Source: Candidatus Curtissbacteria bacterium (GTDB lineage Bacteria; Patescibacteriota; Microgenomatia; Curtissbacterales; GWA2-41-24). From it: DNA of 36,866 bases. Made by a program: the position numbers and the translations under genes. Shown one piece after another: positions 1 through 9,249 of the stretch; position 1 is the stretch's first letter, and each line of letters begins with the position of its first letter. The stretch spans positions 1 to 36,866 of the forward strand of contig JAUYIQ010000059.1 of the NCBI GenBank assembly GCA_030688205.1. The letters are read 5' to 3'. Under the pieces are notes generated by a model. The model saw only the letters and a list, made by a program, of their open reading frames with translations. It was not told where the DNA came from and ran no database searches.

Positions 1-684
1 CCCGAAGAAAAAAGAAAAAGAATCGCGAAAATTTATTTCAAAGTATTGGAAAAAGAAGCCAAAAGAATCGGAAACAGCCTGTCCGGCGACAGACGGATTA
101 AATTCTTGGGTCAAGGAACAATATATCCGGACAGAATAGAATCGGCCCAGCCCACAAAACATGCGGATAAAATAAAAAGCCATCACAACGTTACCCTCCC
201 TGAAGGGCTCAAGTTAGAAATCTTGGAACCTGTAGCAGAACTTTACAAAGATGAAGTCAGAAAAATTGGGTTACTGCTTGGAATTGATGAAGAATTTATT
301 TTTCGCCATCCTTTTCCGGGGCCAGGCCTTGCAATAAGGATTGTGGGAGAAGTGACGGAAGAAAGGTTGCAAATTCTACGACTTGTAGACGAGATTTTTA
401 TTACTGAGCTTAAATCAAATAATATATATAATAAGGTAGGACAAGCATTTGCCGCTCTTTTACCTGTTAAGTCCGTCGGAGTGATGGGAGACAGCAGAAC
501 ATATTCTTACATCGTTTCTTTAAGATCCGTTGACACCACAGATTTCATGACTGCCGACTGGTCAAAAATTCCCTACGATGTTTTAGAAAAAATCTCCACG
601 CGTATTGTCAACGAAGTCCGTGGTGTCAACCGCGTTGTCTACGACATTACCCAAAAACCTCCGGCAACCATCGAGTATGAATAA
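1..684 (+). CDS. guaA: GMP synthase (glutamine-hydrolysing), C-terminal part; 5' end outside window
   Basis: Frame open from base 1. Motifs [51 protein letters not shown]. Confidence 0.97.
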   Translation, partial: PEEKRKRIAKIYFKVLEKEAKRIGNSLSGDRRIKFLGQGTIYPDRIESAQPTKHADKIKSHHNVTLPEGLKLEILEPVAELYKDEVRKIGLLLGIDEEFIFRHPFPGPGLAIRIVGEVTEERLQILRLVDEIFITELKSNNIYNKVGQAFAALLPVKSVGVMGDSRTYSYIVSLRSVDTTDFMTADWSKIPYDVLEKISTRIVNEVRGVNRVVYDITQKPPATIEYE

Positions 685-1228
685 ATTCCATCTTTTTGAT
701 ATCGTGGTCGTTTCCTCAAACGCCGGCAAAATTGCAGAAATCAATGATATTCTGGGTACCAATCACCAAGTATCGGCAATCGACATCCCTGAAATTCAAT
801 CATTAGATCTTGACGAAGTAATTACTGCAAAAGCAAAGGCGGCTTATGCCAGAATCAAAAAGCCGGTACTTGTCACAGACGTGAGTTTGGAAATAGAAGG
901 CCTGGGCGGTTTACCCGGACCTTTTGTAAAATACTTCTTAAAAACTTTGGGCGAAGAGAAAACCGTTCAGCTTGTAAAAGGAAGTAAAAGAACTAAGGTT
1001 ACAGATGCTGTTGCAATATACGATGGAAAAACTTTAAAGATTTTTAAAGGTACGGTTTGGGGTAGGGTTGTTCCAAAATCACGAGGTAAAAATGGTTTTG
1101 GATTCGATTTCGTCTTTATCCCGGATGGATACAACAAGACTTATTCTCAAATGCCCACTTCTTTGAAAAACCGGATTTCACACCGTGCCGAAGCGCTAAA
1201 AAAATTAAGAAAATTTTTAGATAACTAA
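677..1228 (+). CDS. rdgB: Non-canonical purine NTP pyrophosphatase (Ham1/RdgB/ITPase family)
   Basis: [38 protein letters not shown] 677 overlaps the guaA stop, so it is a better start than 605. Confidence 0.92.
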   Translation: MNKFHLFDIVVVSSNAGKIAEINDILGTNHQVSAIDIPEIQSLDLDEVITAKAKAAYARIKKPVLVTDVSLEIEGLGGLPGPFVKYFLKTLGEEKTVQLVKGSKRTKVTDAVAIYDGKTLKIFKGTVWGRVVPKSRGKNGFGFDFVFIPDGYNKTYSQMPTSLKNRISHRAEALKKLRKFLDN

Positions 1229-1229
1229 A

Positions 1230-1823
1230 TTACGAAGTCTTTTTAAAAACTATAAGTCGGTATCCAAGAAAATTCCATATCAACGATAGCCCTGTCGCAA
1301 GTACCTTGGCAAAATTTGCCCAAAGCGTATCCGAATTAACCAAAATAGGAGGGACGAATGTTGTCAGGGCAAAAACTACACCGGTATTTATCGCAAGTCC
1401 AATCAGGGTAACTGCGAAAAAAGTCACGAAATTCGATTTTTTACCCTCGCCAAAGACCCATCCCTTATTCCAATAAAAGCTGTTCAAGACAGCTAAAGAA
1501 AAAGAAGTCGCGTTTAACAAGATAATAAGAGGACCGCTTACAACCCCTGTTCTGGCGATCAAAAAGTTTAAAGCCCCAAAATCAATGGCCGTGTTTAAAA
1601 CTCCAACAAGAGCAAACTTTGCAACCTGCCAAATAATGGGAAATGATTTTCCGATTAAGTTGGCAACAAACATGCCACAAACAATAATAAGTGGCAGTAC
1701 AAAAAGAGATAGAGGGAAAAATGGTATTTTATCCCCGGCGTTTGTTACAAGAAGCGTGGGAATTAAAAAAATCGCAGTTCCAAACCCAGCCGCAAAAGAC
1801 AATATTAAATCTTTTCTACCCAT
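1230..1823 (-). CDS. GtrA-family membrane protein (putative lipid-linked sugar flippase)
   Basis: KFALVGVLNTAIDF, NSFYWNKGWVF, AKVLAT, WNFLGYRLIVFK; multiple TM helices. Confidence 0.85.
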   Translation of the reverse strand: MGRKDLILSFAAGFGTAIFLIPTLLVTNAGDKIPFFPLSLFVLPLIIVCGMFVANLIGKSFPIIWQVAKFALVGVLNTAIDFGALNFLIARTGVVSGPLIILLNATSFSLAVLNSFYWNKGWVFGEGKKSNFVTFFAVTLIGLAINTGVVFALTTFVPPILVNSDTLWANFAKVLATGLSLIWNFLGYRLIVFKKTS

Positions 1824-1870
1824 CTACATATATAATAGCAAAAAGCCCCATATTGGTATATGATAAATTT

Positions 1871-2275
1871 ATGCCCTCTCTCAAACAGGTGTTTGGTATA
1901 GGTCGTTTTCCTCACTATTACGGCGACATTGTAAGATTCTTTTTTTTCCTCGCAGGCACGATTCTACTTCTAAGCTTGCCGCTTTTAAGAAGTCTTATCC
2001 CCATACCCATTTACGTTTCCATTTTTGCAATTCTGGCACTCGTCTTCGTTGCGGGTCTCACAAATCCGGCGCAGAAATGGCTTAGCGCCGTTGACGTTAT
2101 AACGTCTTCGGTTGGTTTTATAGTTTTTGAATATTATGCTGTTTTGACTTTTTCTTCAGCGGAAGACTTTTTCTTCTTCCTTATCAATCAAACGTTGGCA
2201 GCACTTTTTCTTTTTGCATTCTACTTTGCAACAAAAACCATGCGCGGATTCCTGGTTAAGGAAAGAAAAGAATAG
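1871..2275 (+). CDS. Hypothetical 4-TM membrane protein
   Basis: Hydrophobic part of ORF 1691..2275. ATG 1871 avoids overlap with the GtrA gene and lies 6 nt after TATGAT (1859-1864). Confidence 0.7.
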   Translation: MPSLKQVFGIGRFPHYYGDIVRFFFFLAGTILLLSLPLLRSLIPIPIYVSIFAILALVFVAGLTNPAQKWLSAVDVITSSVGFIVFEYYAVLTFSSAEDFFFFLINQTLAALFLFAFYFATKTMRGFLVKERKE

Positions 2276-2315
2276 TTGCACAAAATATTCTAGGGTGTTA
2301 ATCTAAATACAGGCC

Positions 2316-2648
2316 ATGAATATTAAAAGATCGGCAACTGCTTTAGTTGTCTCAACATTCTTATTACTTACCATAGCTACGACAACCTTTGCCCAGACAA
2401 CATCTCCAAGTCCGTCTCCTTCAACTGATCCCTCAGCGAGTCCATCTTCTTCCGTGAGCCCATCACCCAGCGCATCGCCAGACTCCGGAGCCGGAGGTGC
2501 TACCAAGTCCGCTGTACTTGGAGAGACAACGTCGCTTGGCAATACCAGTAACAATAAGGAAATAGCCAAATGGGCTATTGCTTTCGGAGTCGGGATTCTT
2601 GCTTTTCTAATTGGTTTAAAAGTTGCCAGGAGCAAAGCTGAAGAGTGA
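2316..2648 (+). CDS. Small secreted Ser/Pro/Thr-rich surface protein, candidate sortase substrate
   Basis: Signal peptide ending TTTFA, SPSPS low-complexity core, VLGETTSLGNTS, TM helix, basic RSK tail; directly upstream of a sortase. Confidence 0.75.
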   Translation: MNIKRSATALVVSTFLLLTIATTTFAQTTSPSPSPSTDPSASPSSSVSPSPSASPDSGAGGATKSAVLGETTSLGNTSNNKEIAKWAIAFGVGILAFLIGLKVARSKAEE

Positions 2649-3201
2649 TTACTTTATACAGTTAATTATCTTTGGAATGAGCGCAACCATAGTTGCGCTT
2701 CTTGCTATTAAGTTTTATCCCTCACAAATAATTAAAAATCTTCAAGGAGAAGAGAAGGAAAAGCGTATCCAAAGTGCCCGAACTATAGACGCTACTCAGA
2801 CTTCATCGCCTGAGTCTTCACAGCCAACATATATCACAATTCCAAGTGTAAGCATTAACCTCCCGGTTTCACCGGGCCAAATTGTGGATAACCAGTGGAC
2901 GCTTTACGACACCAGAGTTTCCTGGCTGTCGACCTCACAAACACCGGGGAAAGGTAATGTAATCCTTTATGGGCACAACAGGGTTAATATTTTAGCAAAT
3001 CTGGAAAAAGTAACTATTGGTTCTGAAATCAGTGTTAAAACAAAAGAAAAAAAAGACACTTACATTATTTCGGAAAAACGAAAAGTAACCCCTGAGGATA
3101 TAGACGCAATATTATCTCCAAAAGACCAGCTTACAATATATACCTGCAACGGAAACTTCGATGAAAAACGCTTGGTCGTTATCGCCTACCCAAAAGTTTA
3201 A
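2623..3201 (+). CDS. Sortase-family transpeptidase (start may be ATG 2677)
   Basis: N-terminal TM anchor; ITIPSV, PGKGNVILYGHN (His), LTIYTC (Cys), KRLVVIA (Arg). Confidence 0.9.
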   Translation: MPGAKLKSDYFIQLIIFGMSATIVALLAIKFYPSQIIKNLQGEEKEKRIQSARTIDATQTSSPESSQPTYITIPSVSINLPVSPGQIVDNQWTLYDTRVSWLSTSQTPGKGNVILYGHNRVNILANLEKVTIGSEISVKTKEKKDTYIISEKRKVTPEDIDAILSPKDQLTIYTCNGNFDEKRLVVIAYPKV

Positions 3202-3204
3202 AAA

Positions 3205-4728
3205 ATGCTAGCTAAAATAACATCTGCCGCTGTTGTCGGATTGGACGCAGTACCGATAACAGTCGAAGTAGATATTGCGGCAATGGGCCTCCCATCCTTC
3301 ACAATAGTCGGTCTTGCAGACAAAGCAGTTCAGGAGTCGAAAGAAAGGGTACGTGCTGCTCTTAAAAACTCAGGCGCAGATATGCCGCCAAAGAGAATTA
3401 CCATAAACTTGGCACCAGCAGATCTCCCCAAAGAAGGCCCGGCATACGATTTGCCGATAGCGCTTGGAATTCTGGTTGCTTCAGGACAATTGCCCCAGCT
3501 GGATTTTTCCGACGCTATTTTTTTAGGTGAACTTTCACTTGATGGATCATTGCTTCCGATATGGGGAATATTACCCTGCGCAATTTTGGCAAGAGATAAA
3601 AATTTCCACAGCATTTTTCTGCCCGAAGAAAATTTAGAAGAAGCCCAATCAGTAAACAAGATAAAAATTTTTCCTGTCAAATCACTAAAACAACTTTTCG
3701 ACCATTTCGCAAACCCCCAAAAACAAATAACTCCGGCAAACTTTAAGAAACAAAAATATTCAAATATTCAGAACCCGGAATACGATTTTGAAAACATCAA
3801 AGGACAGGAAAGTGCCAAACGCGCTTTAGAAATTGCCGCAGCCGGTAGCCACAATGTTTTGATGAAAGGCCCGCCCGGAGCAGGTAAAACACTTATGGCA
3901 AGAAGTTTTGCAACAATTCTCCCGAACCTTTCTTTTGAAGAAAGCCTGGAAGTTACAAAAATATATTCAGTTGCAAACCTTCTTTCAAGCGATACCCCAA
4001 TAATTTTATCCCGTCCATTCCGCAGCCCGCACCATACAACAAGCAATGTTGGCTTAATCGGAGGTGGAAATACTCCAAGACCCGGCGAAATATCACTGGC
4101 ACACCGAGGCGTACTTTTCCTGGACGAGTTTCCCGAATTTCCAAGACACGTTCTAGAGGCACTACGCCAACCAATTGAGGATGGTGAAGTTACAATATCA
4201 AGAGCTGCAGGCTCCGTAAAATTTCCCTGCAGGTTCTCGCTCGTTGCGGCAGCTAATCCTTGCCCATGCGGATACTTTGGCGACGAAACCAGAAACTGCA
4301 CTTGTAGTCCCTCAACAATTACCACATATCAAAAAAGAATCTCCGGCCCAATTTTAGATCGAATAGATATTCACATTACTGTCCCTGCGATCCCCCCTGG
4401 TAAATTAACAGGAAAGTTTCAATCAGAATCATCAGCCAGCATTCAAAAACGAGTTCAAAAAGCCCGCGACAATCAACTTAAAAGATTTAAAGGTCTAAAA
4501 ATAACGTCAAATGCGGAGATGAACAATAAGCAACTAAAACAATTTTGTAATTTAGACGACCAATCAATCCTTCTTCTTAAACAAGCGATTGCAAAACTGA
4601 ACCTATCCGCCCGCGCATTTCACCGAGTAATCAAAATTGCCAGAACCATCGCCGATCTCGAAGAATCTATCAAAATCAAATCCAATCATATCGCAGAGGC
4701 TCTCCAATATCGACCAACAGATAGTTAA
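3205..4728 (+). CDS. comM: YifB/ComM Mg-chelatase-like AAA+ ATPase
   Basis: ESKERVRAAL, ITINLAPADLPKEG, Walker A GPPGAGKT, RPFRSPHH, GEISLAHRGVLFLDE, NPCPCGY, LSARAFHRVIKIARTIADL. Confidence 0.95.
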   Translation: MLAKITSAAVVGLDAVPITVEVDIAAMGLPSFTIVGLADKAVQESKERVRAALKNSGADMPPKRITINLAPADLPKEGPAYDLPIALGILVASGQLPQLDFSDAIFLGELSLDGSLLPIWGILPCAILARDKNFHSIFLPEENLEEAQSVNKIKIFPVKSLKQLFDHFANPQKQITPANFKKQKYSNIQNPEYDFENIKGQESAKRALEIAAAGSHNVLMKGPPGAGKTLMARSFATILPNLSFEESLEVTKIYSVANLLSSDTPIILSRPFRSPHHTTSNVGLIGGGNTPRPGEISLAHRGVLFLDEFPEFPRHVLEALRQPIEDGEVTISRAAGSVKFPCRFSLVAAANPCPCGYFGDETRNCTCSPSTITTYQKRISGPILDRIDIHITVPAIPPGKLTGKFQSESSASIQKRVQKARDNQLKRFKGLKITSNAEMNNKQLKQFCNLDDQSILLLKQAIAKLNLSARAFHRVIKIARTIADLEESIKIKSNHIAEALQYRPTDS

Positions 4729-4822
4729 ATAGCAACATGCAGCTCTTTCAAAAGTTGGTCGATAAACTAAAACATTCGCGAGTATTTCCCTTTTACTAGC
4801 CAAAGGTTTAAAATCGTTTTGC

Positions 4823-5491
4823 TTGAAAAGGTTTGAGAAAAAGATTCTTAGCTTTGATGAGTTTTTCCTAACGGGAAAGCAATATCGATTCAAAAAAGGC
4901 CAACTTATATTAAGACCCGACATTATTCCTACTGGTCTTTATTACATCGAAAAAGGCTACGTTCGCGTTTATTACCTAACCGAATCAGGCAGAGAGAAAC
5001 TCCACGTTATCTATAAAAAAGACGAACTGTTCCCTCTTCTTTTAGTTTTAAAAAAAATCCATAAGGACGCTTATTATGAAGCCATGGATGAGGTAGTATG
5101 CCGAAAAATTGAAGCGAAAGTTTTTCTAGAACAATTATCAAAAAACCCTCACTTTTCTTTTGCCCTCACCCAAAGACTGACTGATCTTTTGAATGTTTTT
5201 ATAAATAGATTAGACAACCTGGAAACCCATGGAGGACCCTCCAGAGTGATAGCCAGATTATTATTTTTAGCTGAAAGATTTGGACTAAAGACAAAGGATG
5301 GAATTTTAATTGAGGTTCCTGTTACCCACAAAGACATAGCCGACTCTGTCGCATTAAATAGGGAATCTGTTAGCCGCCAGATAGAAGATCTTCTAAAAAG
5401 ACAAATTATTGAAGTAAAAAATCATAAATTCCTTATCCCAAAAATCAGAAAACTACAAAAAGAATTATTAAACCAAGAAGATCGATATTAA
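4823..5491 (+). CDS. Crp/Fnr family transcriptional regulator
   Basis: cNMP-binding-like N domain (FKKGQLI, LYYIEKGYVRVY, ESGRE); C-terminal HTH THKDIADSVALNRESVSRQI. Confidence 0.92.
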   Translation: MKRFEKKILSFDEFFLTGKQYRFKKGQLILRPDIIPTGLYYIEKGYVRVYYLTESGREKLHVIYKKDELFPLLLVLKKIHKDAYYEAMDEVVCRKIEAKVFLEQLSKNPHFSFALTQRLTDLLNVFINRLDNLETHGGPSRVIARLLFLAERFGLKTKDGILIEVPVTHKDIADSVALNRESVSRQIEDLLKRQIIEVKNHKFLIPKIRKLQKELLNQEDRY

Positions 5492-5844
5492 CAATTGCAG
5501 GTACTTTTAGAGATAACCTCATTTGTCGGGATTATTCGATATTTACCGTCATTTTCAGGAAGTCCTTTTGGTAATAAATAACCCTGCCACTTGCCCTGTC
5601 CTACGCAAAGCTCAAGATGGACTGAATCGGTAAGTCCCGGCTCGTCTTCAACCTCAAAAGCTCGAAAATACCCACAAGCGATGATTTTATCCGGTTTATG
5701 CTTTTTCTTTGATCCAATTAAAACTGCACCAATATTTTTAGCAAATGACCAAATAAATTTCCCTTGACCGTCTAATATTATAAATCTTGTTCTAATATCT
5801 GTTTCGAAAAGCTCATATTCTCCTTCTTTTAACTTTTTAACCAT
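5488..5844 (-). CDS. Hypothetical protein, divergent from the stress operon
   Basis: 118-aa ORF from ATG at 5844, preceded 6 nt upstream by TATTTT; no family recognised. Confidence 0.7.
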   Translation of the reverse strand: MVKKLKEGEYELFETDIRTRFIILDGQGKFIWSFAKNIGAVLIGSKKKHKPDKIIACGYFRAFEVEDEPGLTDSVHLELCVGQGKWQGYLLPKGLPENDGKYRIIPTNEVISKSTCNC

Positions 5845-5877
5845 CCCCAAAAAATAAATTATCTAAGAATAAATTTC

Positions 5878-5893
5878 CGTGATTCTAATCACA
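5878..5893. promoter_or_regulatory. CRP-type operator CGTGA-N6-TCACA
   Basis: 9/10 match to TGTGA-N6-TCACA in the divergent intergenic region near the Crp/Fnr gene; centre is -41.5 relative to the minus-strand ATG at 5844. Confidence 0.75.
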
Positions 5894-5900
5894 ATTGTAA

Positions 5901-5916
5901 GGTGATCCGTCGCACT
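5901..5916. promoter_or_regulatory. Second, weaker CRP-type site GGTGA-N6-GCACT
   Basis: 7/10 match with the GTGA/CAC core retained; 23 bp from the first site. Confidence 0.45.
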
Positions 5917-5980
5917 GGCCTTTTGTAATTTTAAATACTGAAAGTTGCAATTATTTGTATTAGTCTTTGCGCGGTGCAAT

Positions 5981-6196
5981 ATGACAAGAGGGATTTATTC
6001 AATTAGAAATACAGTACTTCTGCCTAGCTTTGGTTTCTGGGAAGCACTTTCATTATTGGAACCCAAATTGAACTCTTCTACAAGATTCATTAATGGCATA
6101 TTTCAAAAATCATTAATTGGACAAATTTTCCAACTTCTAACTTCCAATCCAAACAAAACCACGTCAAACGCATTTGAGAGGGGTGAGTATAAATGA
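5981..6196 (+). CDS. Possible small hypothetical protein (or long 5' leader of the hsp20 operon)
   Basis: Open frame whose stop overlaps the hsp20 ATG; no motif recognised. Confidence 0.3.
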   Translation: MTRGIYSIRNTVLLPSFGFWEALSLLEPKLNSSTRFINGIFQKSLIGQIFQLLTSNPNKTTSNAFERGEYK

Positions 6197-6597
6197 ATGG
6201 TTACTTAATGCCACGTTCCTTATTGGGTTTCCCAACTTTGTTTGAAGAATTAGAAGAAGAATTGATTCCTTCGACCACAACAATTAGCGGACTATCTATT
6301 TTCGAAGACGGCAAAAATGTTTATGTTGAAGCAGCGGTTCCCGGTATAGACCCTAAAAATGCAGATGTAACATTCAACAGAGGGATACTAACCATCACCG
6401 GCGAGAAAACAGAGGAAGAGAAAAAGAAAAAGTACTTTCGCAAGGCATCAAGCTCTTTTTCTTACCGCGTATTAGTTCCTGGAGAAATTGATTCTAACAA
6501 AGAACCAAAGGCTGAAAGCAAAAATGGTGTGATGACGGTAACATTTGCAAAAATGCCCCAGTCACAACCTAAAAAAATTGCCGTTAAAACCGACTAA
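6193..6597 (+). CDS. Hsp20/alpha-crystallin small heat-shock protein
   Basis: VYVEAAVPGID, GILTITGEK, SFSYRVLVP, AESKNGVMTVTFAK, KKIAV; SD-like GAGGGGTGA upstream. Confidence 0.93.
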   Translation: MNGYLMPRSLLGFPTLFEELEEELIPSTTTISGLSIFEDGKNVYVEAAVPGIDPKNADVTFNRGILTITGEKTEEEKKKKYFRKASSSFSYRVLVPGEIDSNKEPKAESKNGVMTVTFAKMPQSQPKKIAVKTD

Positions 6598-6598
6598 A

Positions 6599-6952
6599 AT
6601 GAATCTTTGTGTAACTACAAAATATTATCAAGCTTCAAGTTCTCTCTGGGAAGCTGTTGAGAGGAATGTCGAAAAGTTAAAATATCGCTTGCCGAATCTC
6701 GGCCCTAATCTTGGGTTGATTAAACTTTTTATCAAAAGAAACAAAAGGAGAAATTATTTTGATGGATCTGTTTCACTTTCTTTACCCAAGAAACACTTAT
6801 ACGCGCATTTTATTGGACTATATCCTGAAGAAGAAGTTAATAACGCATTCGAGCGCCTGTTTAAAGAATTAAGTAAATATAAAGGCAAACATTTTACAAA
6901 CTACAGTCAATATTTTCGACATGATTCCATCCGTCAATATATTGGCCAGTAA
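6599..6952 (+). CDS. HPF/RaiA (S30AE)-like ribosome hibernation protein, divergent
   Basis: MNLCVTTK..WEAVERNVEKLKYRL..GSVSLSLPKKHLYA..EEVNNAFERLFKELSKYKGK follows the HPF pattern MNI-ITG..LREYVEEKL-KL..VEITL-LPG..AIDLAVDKLERQLRKYKEK. ATG 6599 directly follows the hsp20 stop. Confidence 0.72.
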   Translation: MNLCVTTKYYQASSSLWEAVERNVEKLKYRLPNLGPNLGLIKLFIKRNKRRNYFDGSVSLSLPKKHLYAHFIGLYPEEEVNNAFERLFKELSKYKGKHFTNYSQYFRHDSIRQYIGQ

Positions 6953-6954
6953 AA

Positions 6955-7644
6955 ATGAAAAATCAAAAAAACTACAAAAAGCAACTGACAGAGCTCATTG
7001 AAAATTACATTAAACCTCTAGGGGTCACAGATTCAAGGGTGATTAGTGCTTTCAGAAAAGTTCCAAGGCATAAGTTTGTCCCGGCAAATTATCAGAAAGA
7101 TGCCTACTTAGATATCCCTCTGCCAATCGGAGAAGGTCAAACAATCAGTCAGCCTTCATTGGTCGGCGTAATGACGCAAGCGTTGGAATTAAAAGGCCGC
7201 GAAAAAGTTTTGGAGGTCGGTACCGGTTCTGGCTTCCAGGCAGCAATTCTCTCACATCTAGCCAAAAAGGTTTACACAATTGAAATTATCGGAAGGTTGG
7301 CGGATAAAGCGGCTAAAACCCTCAAAGACCTTCACTGCGACAATGTTCATGCTGAAATTGGCGATGGCTCGCAAGGCCTTCCGGAATATGCGCCATATGA
7401 TGCAATTATTGTAACAGCCGCAAGTAATCAAATCCCCAAACCGCTTGTAGATCAGCTTAAAATTGGGGGGAAAATTATTATCCCTGTTGGAGATAGCCTC
7501 TATGGACAACAATTAAAAGTTGGCAAAAAAGTTGGCAACACAATCAAGTTTATCGATATAGAGCCGGTTGCCTTTGTCCCGCTGCGCGGAAAATTTGGTT
7601 TTGACCAAAACTTTAGCCAATCAAAATTTTTTTCAGCAACTTGA
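6955..7644 (+). CDS. pcm: Protein-L-isoaspartate O-methyltransferase
   Basis: VPRHKFVP, AYLDIPLPIGEGQTISQP, VLEVGTGSGFQAAIL, APYDAIIVTAA, VAFVPL. Confidence 0.95.
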   Translation: MKNQKNYKKQLTELIENYIKPLGVTDSRVISAFRKVPRHKFVPANYQKDAYLDIPLPIGEGQTISQPSLVGVMTQALELKGREKVLEVGTGSGFQAAILSHLAKKVYTIEIIGRLADKAAKTLKDLHCDNVHAEIGDGSQGLPEYAPYDAIIVTAASNQIPKPLVDQLKIGGKIIIPVGDSLYGQQLKVGKKVGNTIKFIDIEPVAFVPLRGKFGFDQNFSQSKFFSAT

Positions 7645-8432
7645 ACTGGGAAAAATTATCTAAGATCGTGGAAAACGAAGTTGAAAAAACATTAATAAAA
7701 CTCGAAACATTTCTCAATTCTAAATTTCCAATCCTGTCAGTTTATTTAGGAATATCACAAAGAAAGTCTCCATCCTCAACCTTTTTACTCTCAATATTCC
7801 ACTCGCAAGTACACCAAAACTTAAAAGAGGAAGGACAAAAAACTTTCAAGAAGGATCTGGCTAGAATAGATGATTTCCTTAATACTTCTTACGATAGCCG
7901 AGGTAGACGAAGCATTGTATTTTTCACAGCAGGCAATAATTTATGGGAAACATTGGAATTTGAATTCTACCTTCCTCCACTATGCATAGTTTCAAATTCC
8001 CCTTATACCAATCCGATAATCGAAGTGCTCGGCAAGTACAAACCATATTTAGTTCTTTTAGCAGATAGAAAAAAAGCAAGGCTTTTTACAGTTCATCTTG
8101 GTCGGATTCAAGAACACAAAGATGTATTTAATGCCGAAGTACCACAAAGAGTAAAACATGGAGATAATACTTGGGATCAGCAAGATAAAATAATGAGGCA
8201 TATCGAAGACCACCTGCACAGGCACCTTAAGTTTATAGCACAAGAAACCAGAGAGTTTGTCAAAAAACATCCCGTTAAATTTGTGATAGTCGGCGGACAC
8301 AAAGACATTATCCCAAAAATTAAAAAACACCTAACTTATCCGCTTAACAAAATAGTCACAAGAGAATTTGTTACCGAACTTAATATTCCCTTAAACGAAG
8401 TTTTTCTACACAGCAAGAAAATAGCCAAATAA
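7641..8432 (+). CDS. Bacterial aeRF1-superfamily (baeRF/Balon-like) protein, N+M domains only, no GGQ
   Basis: PILSVYL, KDLARIDDFL, SIVFF, PYTNPI, YLVLLADRKKARLF, DHLHRHLKFIA, VIVGG; the GGQ-position loop reads HGDNTWDQQ. Confidence 0.78.
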   Translation: MNWEKLSKIVENEVEKTLIKLETFLNSKFPILSVYLGISQRKSPSSTFLLSIFHSQVHQNLKEEGQKTFKKDLARIDDFLNTSYDSRGRRSIVFFTAGNNLWETLEFEFYLPPLCIVSNSPYTNPIIEVLGKYKPYLVLLADRKKARLFTVHLGRIQEHKDVFNAEVPQRVKHGDNTWDQQDKIMRHIEDHLHRHLKFIAQETREFVKKHPVKFVIVGGHKDIIPKIKKHLTYPLNKIVTREFVTELNIPLNEVFLHSKKIAK

Positions 8433-8449
8433 AAATATATAATGGATGA

Positions 8450-9232
8450 ATGTTAAAAATGCCTGTGGAGAAGTTGCTTGATTTATCGGGAAAAACTGCA
8501 ATCATAACCGGTGCTGTTGGGATTGGCTTTGGCATTGCGTATCGACTGGCAGAGGCTGGAGCAAATGTTATGGTTGCAAGCTTGGGAGAAGAGGAAACTA
8601 CCGAGACGGCAAATAAGCTGAAAGGAAACGGGTGGAAAGCAACAGCCATTCAAGTTGATGTCGCTATCCAAGAAGACGTGAAACGAATGGTCGAGCGGAC
8701 AATTCAGACTTACGGTTCCATAGAAATTTTAGTGAATAATGCGGGCATATACCCATCGATTTCGGTCATGAAGATGACACTTGCCGACTTTGAAAAAGTT
8801 CTTGCGGTGAATTTAAAAAGCGTATTTTTGTGTACAAAATACGCGGCAGAGCAAATGATTAAGCAAGGTAATGGCGGAAGAATTATCAACATCACTTCAA
8901 TAGACGCTCTGCACCCGTCATCAGTTGGTCTTGCTCACTACGATGCGTCAAAGCATGGTGTCTGGGGTTTCACCAAGAATGTTGCCCTTGAACTTGCCCC
9001 CCACAAAATCTGGGTAAATGCTATTGCTCCGGGAGGTGTTCTTACCCCGGGCGTAGAGAAACTGCAGAAATCCAATAAAAATCTTCTTGAAAGTTTTCTT
9101 TCAAAAATTCCTATGCACAGACTCGGTGACACTGACGAAATAGGGAAAGTGGCGCTTTTTTTAGCATCCGATATGTCTTCTTACATGACCGGAAGCCAGA
9201 TAGTTGTTGACGGTGGTACACTTTTAACATAA
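8450..9232 (+). CDS. Short-chain dehydrogenase/reductase (SDR)
   Basis: TGAVGIG, ILVNNAGI, catalytic YDASK, VNAIAPGG, SYMTGSQIVVDGG. Confidence 0.95.
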   Translation: MLKMPVEKLLDLSGKTAIITGAVGIGFGIAYRLAEAGANVMVASLGEEETTETANKLKGNGWKATAIQVDVAIQEDVKRMVERTIQTYGSIEILVNNAGIYPSISVMKMTLADFEKVLAVNLKSVFLCTKYAAEQMIKQGNGGRIINITSIDALHPSSVGLAHYDASKHGVWGFTKNVALELAPHKIWVNAIAPGGVLTPGVEKLQKSNKNLLESFLSKIPMHRLGDTDEIGKVALFLASDMSSYMTGSQIVVDGGTLLT

Positions 9233-9249
9233 AGGAGGTGAATAAATAT

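Noticed and set aside
4737-4799. 20-codon ORF MQLFQKLVDKLKHSRVFPFY upstream of the Crp gene
   Set aside because: No SD or motif; short ORFs like this are expected by chance.
6528-6543. TGTGA-N6-TAACA CRP-like site inside hsp20, about 63 bp before the HPF-like ATG
   Set aside because: It encodes the conserved Hsp20 NGV-TVT motif and has no good -10 at the right distance; probably coincidental.
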